Assembly (NCBI GenBank): GCA_973895155.1
Contig: OZ316896.1
Coordinates: 20,900,152-20,964,151, forward strand
Reading direction: 5' to 3'
DNA from: Marsupella aquatica
Lineage: Eukaryota > Plantae > Marchantiophyta
Length of the DNA: 64,000 bases
Part shown: piece after piece, positions 28,901-38,500 of the stretch
Numbering within the stretch: position 1 is the first letter of the stretch
How the letters are laid out: every line of letters starts with the position of its first letter
Program-made: the position numbers and the translations under genes
The notes under the pieces: generated by a model
What the model saw: the letters and a program-made list of their open reading frames with translations, nothing else
Told to the model about the DNA's origin: nothing
The model's database searches: none

Positions 28901-30404
28901 GATTGGGCAACATTCCTGAATCAGATGACAAAGTCTACGAAATGCCAACCAATGTTCCTACTGATCCACTTGGAGGTTAATATGACTACCATTTGTTATA
29001 AATTACCATATTCAATAGCTAATGATGAATTAAATAGCCAAACTTGTCATATGCCAGATATGAATCATGAATTATAAATCGATGTTCTCAAGAGAATGAT
29101 GTACATGATTTGATATAGAATGATTGATTGATGAAAATATTAGAATGAACCATGGTTGGAACAAGTTGGATGTGTGAAGTTAGATAAATTTATCAAGACA
29201 ATATAGAACCTATTATTTGGTATAGTCCAAACATTTTAAATGGATAATAATTCCAACTAGAGTTGAAGCAAATACTAATACGAACTGAACAACCCAATCA
29301 TAGTTTTAACTTGTCAAATGAATCGCTTAAATTCTATAAATAGATTAACTTACTCTGGAATTTTGTGAAAAATTAGATTAGTACTTAACATAATATAGAA
29401 AACACTTGTCTAATACATCATGTAGTCATTGAAATTAGGCAAAGCAAACTAATAGCGATATTTAATAAATAAAAATAATTAGAAGTTTATTGGTTCACCA
29501 TATTTATCTATTGTTTGTTGTTTTGGTTGTAGGAGATAAAACCAATTCTATTGAGGACGAGAACAAGGATGAGGACGAAGAGGATAACATTGATTCCCCG
29601 AATGCTTGGCAGCCACTAAAGTTGGATCACGTGGAATCACCAAATGATTCAATGGAAATTCTTGACTCGTTCAGGGCTTTCCAAACCGAACCAGAGCTCA
29701 ATGTCGAGGAACAAGGAGTTTCAATGACCAAAGGAAGATGCCCTACCTCAAATCTAAATGCAAAGAATGTTAAAAATATCCAATCAAATTGTAGCCGTGC
29801 TGGGGTGCAAGAATCAAATCAAAGAAACAAAAATGAAGTGGCATTTGATGAAACCAAAAGTAAAAATGAGCGAAGAATGATTGTCCGCAAATTTGTGTGG
29901 GAAAATTATATTCCTGATCAGGAAACCAGTTGCCCAGATCACATTTCTACAATAGATTGGGATGAGTTCTTTCGAAGCGAAGCTCAATTTCATGGGTGGA
30001 AAGCAAGAGCATATTGGCATGAAGCTTTGACTCATCGCTCCGGTTTGGAAACCCCTGAACAAATCACTAATTTACAAGATAATGTCTATTATGCAACAGA
30101 AGTATGTGAAATGGTTGGAGGTCCTCCTATTGATGTTTTTGCCATTCAAAGTGAACCTAAAAGCACTATTAACAAATGGACTTGGATGAAGGAGTATCAA
30201 CTAATCTCCAACCCTATCACTAACTCTATAGATACACCCGTGTCTAATCTTAATGATGCTACACTAGATACATGTGCAGTTTATCAAAGTGATTACGAAC
30301 AAGCAATCATCCAAGATTTGGGTGTGAAGAGAGATGATTCTTTCATTCCAAACGAGGAAACAATAAGAGACAATGCTTTGGTCGTGAATCCAATGGTGGA
30401 GCAG

Positions 30405-30790
30405 ATGGATCCTTTACTGGTTGAAACTAACATTTTGGGCACGTCTCCCATATCGACAGAGCCAGTAAATGTTGATGGTGATCCAGTGGAGAAGAAAATG
30501 GATCCTTCAATGGTTGAAACTAACATTTTGGACGTGCCTCCCACATCGACAGAGTCAAGAAATGCTAACAACAACCTAGCAAGGGAGTAGATGGATCCTC
30601 TAGTGGTTGAGACTAACATTTTGGATGTGCGTCCCACATCAACAGAGCCAATAAATGCTAACAATAACCTAGCAAGGGAGCAGATGGATCCTCTAGTGGT
30701 TGAGGCTAATATTTTGGATGAGCCTTTCACATTGACAAAGCCAAGAAATGTTGACAGCAACCTAGCAAGGGAGCAAATGGATCCTCTAGA
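30405..30790 (+). repeat. 93-bp coding tandem repeat (31 aa, MDPLVVETNILDVxPTSTEPxNANNNLAREQ), ~4 copies
   Basis: ATGGATCC at 30405, 30498, 30591, 30684 and 30777. Confidence 0.92.
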
Positions 30791-30985
30791 GACAAGAAAT
30801 GTTGAAATCAATGCACAAGTAGATCCTGTTATGATTTTGGCCGAAAAACCAAAGGTGTCTCACACATCGATGGACCCTAAAACAAATGAGAGTGATTTGT
30901 TGGTAGATAGTGAAGAACATCCTTGGATCCAACAAGCCACTAACCTTGAAGATCAAGACATACCGGAGGTGGGAAAAATTGCGCC

Positions 30986-31281
30986 CTCGGGGGTCTCACT
31001 ACATGGGGACCTCCCCATCACCTGCGACGTTTTTAGGCCTTGGACCCCCTAAAATGTAAGAAAAAAAAATTATTTTTTAACCCCTATAAAGTTGGAATAT
31101 TCTTGGAATATTCCAAAAATTGGATTAAAAGGCCCTAATGTTCTTATAAGTCTCAAAATTGAATTTAAAAGACCCTATTGTTCTTCTACAAAAATTCTTA
31201 AGTCTTCCCTTACAACCAATAAAATGACCCTATCCTTCGTCGCACCTGATATGCCATTTTTGTGGAAGTGAAACCCCCGAG
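30986..31281. mobile_element. MITE (296 bp) with 8-bp TSD
   Basis: ATTGCGCC at 30978-30985 and 31282-31289. TIR CTCGGGGGTCTCACT vs CTCGGGGGTTTCACT. Removal restores GKIAP|WEEEASAAAY. Confidence 0.93.
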
Positions 31282-31918
31282 ATTGCGCCTTGGGAAGAGG
31301 AAGCATCTGCTGCAGCCTACGCTGATGGATTGAATGAATTACCACCTCCTTTTTTGGGGATCCCATTAGTTTCAACTTCTCATGGAGATTGTTCACAAAC
31401 AACTCCGGCAATAAGAATGGAGCTTCCTTGGAACCACGACGGGATTCAAAGAGACCCTCGGTGATAGAAAAAGTTACTATGCTGCCAAAGGTGAAGAAGA
31501 CACCTCAGCAGATTTTGCGCAACAAGAAGTAATGATTTTATTTTGACTATACTTAAAATGTATAATGTTTTTCATAGTGCTATAAATTGTTTGATTGTTT
31601 AGGTGCAATCTGAGCCCAAACCAGCAAATTGGTCATTATGGATGTGAATAGTGTATAGTATCAAGGAAACTTACCCATTATGGTTGCAAAAGTCATTGCA
31701 ACAAGATTGGAGGGAACACTTCCAAATATGGATCAATACTCACTATATTCGTGATCATGGAGATAGAAATCATTCAAGGAGATTCCATGTGTTTAATAAT
31801 CAGGGTACATTTTGGACTACTTATCACACTTATTTGTAGAATGAACCATGGTGCATAGTTAATTTATGACATATTTTTGGGTACTATTCTAAATCTCATC
31901 TGTGTGTGTTGTGTACAG

Positions 31919-32461
31919 GTGAGAGTTGAAAAATTATTCAGGAAATTACTTGTCATAAGTATCAACAAGTTCCTCATTTACACAACTGGGGTCTCTCGTC
32001 ATTTGAAGAAGACATCATCTTTCCGAGTTTATAACAAAATGATCTTTCCGAGACCATATGTACAAGAATTTCTTGAATTTTGCACTTCAACTTTTGATGT
32101 GGTTCTTTGGGCACTCACTGACACATGCGAACTGGCTGGTCAAATGGATCCAATACTCACAGATAAAGCTTTGAGTTTTTCTGGTCTTAAGTATCTTACA
32201 TCAACTTTGATGGACATGAAACAGATCAATGATATTTATCCACAATATCAAAGACAAAATGTTATATTTTTAGAGTGTTATCCATCATTTGATAGTGTAA
32301 ATCCAATGTATTCAAGGCTGTATCCCAAGCCGTATTATGGTAATTGTAAAGACAATTTTCTTAGAGGCACACTTATTCCATATTTACGTAATCTAGAAGA
32401 TTCTGGTCAGACAGCGCATAAGTTTATTAAATATCACTATCCTACTTGGTCTGAAGTATGA
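31919..32461 (+). CDS. Terminal exon encoding an FCP1/NIF-like HAD phosphatase fold, probably catalytically dead
   Basis: KLLVISINKFL (catalytic Asp motif lost), RPYVQEFLEFCTSTFDVVLW, NVIFLE, NPMYSRLYPKPYYG..KDNFL..TLIPYL. Acceptor TACAG ends at 31918. Confidence 0.7.
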   Translation: MRVEKLFRKLLVISINKFLIYTTGVSRHLKKTSSFRVYNKMIFPRPYVQEFLEFCTSTFDVVLWALTDTCELAGQMDPILTDKALSFSGLKYLTSTLMDMKQINDIYPQYQRQNVIFLECYPSFDSVNPMYSRLYPKPYYGNCKDNFLRGTLIPYLRNLEDSGQTAHKFIKYHYPTWSEV

Positions 32462-33654
32462 GACAGTATCAATAGAAATGTAGTAAAAGAAACCACAGCT
32501 TGTGTGGTGTAGTGTTTAGAATATATTCAAATGTATTCTTTTTGGATAATAAAAGTTACATTATTTACGTGAAAAATTGAAATGATTGATTACTGCATTA
32601 TATATTCATGAATGATTACTTGTAATGTTCATTTTACTTCATAATGTCGAATGCCAAAATGTCTACTTGTAGAGCAAAAATTCTATTCTTGAACTCAGTT
32701 TTGGCAGCACCCGATAATACTTGTAAATTCAGTCTTTATATTCATAGTGTCTGATGCAAAAATAGATACACATAGTATAAAACTTGTCATTTTGTAGAGA
32801 TCTACTAGTGTTAAATGCAAAAAATTTGGCTTAAGTTTCTTTTAGGCCCTTGGGACTTAATGAGTATTATAGCCAATATTAATTCTCAAATTCAGTAGAT
32901 ACCAATTTAAATGAAAACTTTTTGTTTACTCACTATCATTGTATTGCATTGAATATGCATTTCACCAATAAATTAGAATACGAACCATGGTTTATTGTAT
33001 GTTTTGACACTTAATTTGGTTTACTTCTTTTTTTGTTTGGGGAGGGGGGGGGAATAAAACCCGCAAAAACCCATGGGAAGGGGGGCCCAACAGGGCAACA
33101 AAGACAGAGGCAGCAAAATGCAAACCTATGAGACGGAGAGAGAGCCCCAATGAGCAAGGACAAAAAAAGATGCGGTCCATGCAAGCAAGGAAAGACACAA
33201 TCCAAAAGAAAAGTGTCCAAGCGTGTGACCCACCTAAGATGTTCCTGACTAACTAATTCTTTTACTCTAAGTAATCTAGTATGTTTTCTACCAAGACCCG
33301 AGGCTTTGCAGAGGCCATGCAAAGAGTCTACATTTATGAAAGGAGTAGATTCAAGTTAAACACTCAATTTGGTTTACTTTGTTTAAATTGTTCCTATCAC
33401 ATGTGACTGAACTTGGATCCATCAGGTTTTTGCTGATGTCCTGGAGCATACCATACTTTCAAACTAGAGGAAAAGAGTTAATACAATGGGGGAAAATGGA
33501 AGTCTTGGACACTTCCCCCTTATATATGGCCCGTGGTGGTTTAAATTTATTTATTTATTTATTTAAATGAATTAAATAAATCAGTAATATCTTTGTAAAA
33601 CTTCATTTAAGCATTTTTGGAATTGAAAATTCCACTTTTATCTAAATAAGGGTT

Positions 33655-34884
33655 GAATGACTTGTGCTCCAATCAAGTAAACTTTTTCTTGACACAAGGC
33701 TATCCTTGCTCCCCACAACTCTCTATTGATTTGAGGGTAGTGTCTTTGTCTTGTTGAAAAGATCTTAGCTCCAAACCTTGCTGCAAATCTTCTCCCCTCC
33801 TCATCATCCTGCCCTATCGCCCATCCAGCAGCATCAGGATTTGAATCTATAGTGACAATGATGGGTCTTCCATCATAGCATAAGGGACGTAAAACAAGGG
33901 GGCTAAGTAAGGCCTCTTTTAACCTTTGCATAGCCTCCTTATGTACCTCTGTCCAAACAAAGTGCACATTCTTTCTCAATAATCCGTACAAAGGATCAGC
34001 AATATGTGCAAAGTGAGGAATCCAGATCCTATAGAATAAGCAAGCACCAAGGAACCTTCGCACCTCCAAAGTTGTCCTACAATCTTTCATCTGATTGATT
34101 GCATCTACCTTTCCTCCATTTGGCTTCCTCCCATCAACTCCACAAATTTGTCCTACAATTAGGACTTCACGAAGCCCAAATGAAGATATCTCACCAGAAA
34201 GAGTGAGCCCAACCTCAATCAACCTCTTCAAGATTGCTTTCACATCTTGAATGTGCTCCCATACAAATTGTCGCAAGCCATCTTCACGTATAGTCTCATC
34301 TTTCTTTGTCTCCAAGCATCCCTTGATTGGCATATCATCAAGCAATGGTTGTGTCTTCTCTGGAATGAAACGGTGTAATACCTTATTCATGGCATTCTGC
34401 ATGTGAGCCACCGAGTTGGTTGCCCCTTGAGGCAAGGTACACATGCGAAGTAGCCCCAAAGGTGTCCTCATAGTGGTGATATCTCTACTACTCTGAGCCA
34501 ATTGAAACTGATCATAGCCTGAATAGAGGTCACCACATGAATAGATGGCTCTACCAACAAATTCTTCCGCAAACTCATCTACTATAGGTCCTATTCCAGT
34601 ATTGCGAATAGTAACTTTGTTAGGTGGTTGCATATCCTGAATAAATCTAAGTTTACCATTTTTCTTACGAATGGTAAACCAACGATTAGAATAAGGTGCA
34701 TCTGCTCTTTCCAAAATCCTAGTGGAAAGCTTCTCCTTCAATAGATCAATAAGTTTAGGTAACAAAGCCTTGGGCACTGGAATGGGTTTCAAGTCCCAAG
34801 GAATATGTGGAACAGTGAAAATTACCATAGGAGTAACAACACTAGGATCCACACATCCCATCTCTTTAGGACAAAAGGCAAAAG
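33655..34884 (-). pseudogene. pol: Gypsy reverse transcriptase and RNase H N-terminal part
   Basis: ORF 33638..34861: KLRFIQD, DLYSGYDQF, LPQGATNS, LLDD, VRRFLG, IDSN, RELWG. Confidence 0.95.
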
Positions 34885-37020
34885 AGTCGCGAATACAACT
34901 TTCACCTACTCGTAATTGCTCCGGCGTTGCCTAACTCCAGCGTTGAGTCCCTCTTAGATTTGCTACCATCATGGCCATTAGGGATGCGACTAACAAAGAG
35001 GAGGCTAGTAAGAGCAAGGACAAGACTTAGTTGAGAAAAACGCGCTCCACTTAACTTTATTGGGCCCATTGCCGATCATGGAAATATGAACTATTTTTCT
35101 GACGGATCACCATAGGGGCCCAAGAAGCCCCACATGAGCCCGATCATGGGGCCGCATATTTCTCGGCCAACGGACCCAGGGGCCAAAAGTTATGGCCGAC
35201 TCAAGTCGCATGCTTGTAGTTTGGGCCCGTTGCCGATCATGGAAAAATGAACTATTTTTCCAACGGATCACCATAGGGGCCCAAGAAGCCCTACATGAGC
35301 CCGATCATGGGGGCCGCATATTTCTCGGCCAATGGACCCAGGGGCCAAAAGTTATGGCCGACTCAAGCCGCATGCTTGTAGTTTGGGCCCGTTGCCGATC
35401 ATGGAAATATGAACTATTTTTCCAACGGATCACCATAGGGGTCCAAGAAGCCCCACATGAGCCCGATCATGGGGGCCGCATATTTCTCGGCCAACGGACC
35501 CAGGGGCCAAAAGTTATGGCCGACTCAAGCCGCATGCTTCTAGTTTGGGCCTGTTGCCGATCATGGAAATATGAACTATTTTTCCAACGGATCACCATAG
35601 GGGCCCAAAAAGCCCTACATGAGCCCGATCATGGGGGCCGCATATTTCTCGGCCAACGGACCCAGGGGCCAAAAGTTATGGCCGACTCAAGCCGCATACT
35701 TGTAGTTTGGGCCCGTTGCCGATCACGGAAAAATGAACTATTTTTCCAACGGATCACCATAGGGGCCTGAGAAGCCCCACATGAGCCCGATCATGGGACC
35801 GCATATTTTTTGGCCAACGGACCTAGGGGCCAAAAGTTATGGCCGATTTAGACTCGATTAGAGTCGCCGCGCATCGATGGACCAAGAGGGGGTTGCCTGG
35901 ACCAGGGGGGGTTGCCTGGACCAGGGGGGTTACCTGGACCAGAGCGGGGTTAGGGCCGTAACTTTTAGCCCCTTATGCCACAATTTGCGCTCAAGGCCAA
36001 GTTACAGAAGGTTTTCAATTATCTTCGTTTTGAGCTAAGTGGCGGGGCCCACGGACCCTCGGGTAGGGGGCCAAAGATAGGGGACCAAAGATGGTCCGGG
36101 GGTGGCAGGTCCCCAGAAGCATATATGAGGGGAGTGGTCCTCTCAAGTTTGAGCTCGAGCTGATCGCGATCAACGAAGATACGTCGTTTCGAGTTTTGAA
36201 GCGGAAACAAACATAACTCGACGACCGGATCTTCGTTGGGGGAGTTCTTGGGCTCGTTGGAAAGCTAATGAAGAAAGCTACCTCATGGTGCTCTCTGATT
36301 GTGCATTGGATGATTTTGGTTTTGAGGCTTGCAATGGGGGGAGTCCCTCTTGCCGATCCAAAGTCGAACAGTGACCAAACCGCATTTGGTTCCCAAGGGG
36401 ACCTGATGTTGGAGAGGTAGAACCAAGTAGACTTTGGGGGCTGCCATTGAGATCTGGTCCCGATGCATGGTGAGAGGTTAAGCGGAACCCGGTTTCGCAG
36501 AGAGGTGGCTAAGATCTAGAAACTGAATGGTCCCGGCGTGTTACTACTAGTTTGTGACAAACTGAGTTTGGGCCATGGGCATGTCCTGGAGGCAGGGCGG
36601 TCAGCCATTGACGGGTAGAAAGTGGGGAAGCTTGGGCGACATCCGGTAGATAGACTGTTCTGGACGAACAGTGATATCGACCTTAGTTTCAGCTTATGGC
36701 AAGGCCATGCGGACCTGGGAGGCTCTATCCGCTGACCTACTTACTAACGACTGTTGAGCTTGAGGCAAGACAATGGTCTTGGGAGTTCCGAGATCAAGAC
36801 AAGTTCTTACCGGTTGGTTGGTTGCTTGTGCAGATAGCAAAGATCGTTGAGCGACGGTTGTGCTGACGAGGGCAAGTGCGGCTTCGTATGGGAGGGGTCG
36901 CTAACGACAAGGAGTATAGTCGGGGAGAACTTGCCCCAACATTCCGTGTTAGTGCAAGGTTTGACTTGTTTCAGGTTGAGAAACGAGTTTGGACGGGCAC
37001 GTGGTGGGAGGGCCACCACT
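34885..37020. mobile_element. 2136-bp solo-LTR-like insertion with AGT...ACT termini and 5-bp TSD
   Basis: AAAAG is duplicated at 34880-34884 and 37021-37025. Termini AGTCG...CCACT. TATA-like CATATATGA at ~36120. Non-coding. Confidence 0.8.
35061..35846. repeat. 162-bp tandem repeat, ~4.9 copies
   Basis: Unit starts at 35061, 35222, 35384, 35546 and 35708. Confidence 0.95.
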
Positions 37021-38482
37021 AAAAGCCTTACCATGCTCACCAATCATTTGCCGAAACTCCTCTCTCTCTTCTTTTGTCAGCAACCCATCATCACCAATCC
37101 TTAGTTGATTAAGGGTCTCCTTCGTGAATTTATGGCCAATCTTAGTCCGATCTCTAAGACTGGTCTCTTTACCTGCCTTCTCCAAAATCTCCCTAGCATC
37201 CAAAGGCAAAGGAATTGCTGCTGGTCTCACTTTCTTCTCCACTGTTTTGTACTTGGTATTGACCTCAACAAATTGAGACAACTCGCCATACAGCTCATGA
37301 TTGATTTCCATATGAGCTTTCCCCTCTGAAAGATCTTCAATTATTTCTTTCAAAGACACTTCTACTCCTTCTTCATCTAGAAGGCCTTCAATCTCTTCAC
37401 TTTCCTCTAGCAATCCATGTATTTGCATAGTATCTTCAATCCTTGCAATTTTCTTTTTGAATGTTTTAGTAGCTTCACACACTTTCACATAAGAAATTTG
37501 ACAATGTAAGCTTTCACCTTCAAATGAGCTTGCCAAAAAACTATTCACATTCCAAGTCACCAGCGGGTCATTGGCGATGGCGTCCCGCCTTCCCGCCTTC
37601 CCGCATTGCTTAACGAGACGCCTTATGGAAATCCTCATTTCCCTCCTTGGGTTCAGGTCCTCTCAACTCCTTCTGATTCTTCCAATGTCCAGGTTTCACT
37701 ACAGGAAATTGGATAACCCGCAATTCATCTCGACTCCTCATCTTTGCCATATGAGTGCCATCTGGTAGGACCTTGTACTTTATTCGAGCTTGAGTAATGT
37801 AAGGCTGCCCTAGAATGAGATCATAGGGCAAGCTATCATGCACAAAGATGTTAGTTGGTTCTATCACATGGCCAACCTTCACTGATACTCCAGGGCATCC
37901 TCCCCAAAGCATATTCTTTGAACGATTGATTGAGTTGACAGACCATTGAGTATCACAATCAATCATCCATTGCCCAAGATCATAGATGCTTCTTGACATT
38001 AGATTCACCTCAGATCCTGTGTCAATCAATGCTCGAGCTTTGCCCTCCATTCCTACAAGCTCTACCTCCACAACTGAGCAAGTTCTTGCCCAAAACGGCT
38101 CCAAGATGGACTCCTTGTCGTCTCTTGAATCAGGATTCTTCATAGCTGAAGCACACATGACCCACACACTTTGTGAGGCCTTGAGCACCTCTTCACGACT
38201 AATTTTTGCCATATCCTGGGTTACTACAAATCCTGTTGTTGCTTTTGCCAATGGTTTCCACCTCTCTAATACCTCAACTCCTAACATCTTTGGTTTAGGA
38301 ACTTCCTTTGTTGAAGACCCTAGCATCTGTGGTCTAGGGACCTTCTCCGCATTCACTTGATACACTTCACACTCCACACTGGCTTGAGAAACAATTGAAC
38401 CTTCTCCATCTTCATCAATATCAGAAAAAACCTCCATTCCCAAGGCATGAGGTCCTTCCTTGTAAAATCGTTTTCGTTTCAC
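37021..38482 (-). pseudogene. pol: Gypsy aspartic protease (37610-38482) and pre-RT linker (37021-37638)
   Basis: RALIDTGSEVNLM and YDLILGQPY motifs. The linker ends ...MIGEHGKAF at the insertion junction. Confidence 0.88.
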
Positions 38483-38500
38483 CTTTGCAAGTAATGCATC

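Larger units (their letters stand above)
20679..32461 (+). pseudogene. Multi-exon accessory gene of the giant transposon: NLS, ParB/Srx-like domain, helical region, possible degenerate MTase-like region, acidic and 31-aa repeats, FCP1/NIF-like HAD domain
   Basis: ATG 20679 (MASEGETSKKKRK...PKKRK) joins ORF 25927 in frame once the CACTA is removed (VNSIT|NFCGRKMTLKS). Downstream ORFs 27166, 28169, 28597, 29490, 30591 and 31877 are separated by introns (e.g. GT-AG 28538-28638), stops (27034, 30588), a frameshift (~28165) and a MITE. Some splice sites are uncertain. Confidence 0.78.
1716..33654. mobile_element. Giant (31,939 bp) Sola-like TIR DNA transposon with accessory gene
   Basis: TIRs match at 22/24: AACCCCTATTTAGATAAAACTGGA (1716-1739) vs reverse complement of 33631-33654 AACCCTTATTTAGATAAAAGTGGA. 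GAAT TSD at 1712-1715 and 33655-33658. Excision restores the gypsy RNase H frame. Contains a DDD transposase. Confidence 0.92.

Noticed and set aside
26099-30811. Minus-strand ORFs opposite the accessory gene (e.g. 27612..28121, 30293..30811)
   Set aside because: Antisense shadows of the plus-strand coding sequence and its 93-bp repeat.
35192-35770. 192-aa ORF with 54-aa repeats
   Set aside because: By-product of the 162-bp tandem repeat (length divisible by 3) inside a non-coding insert.
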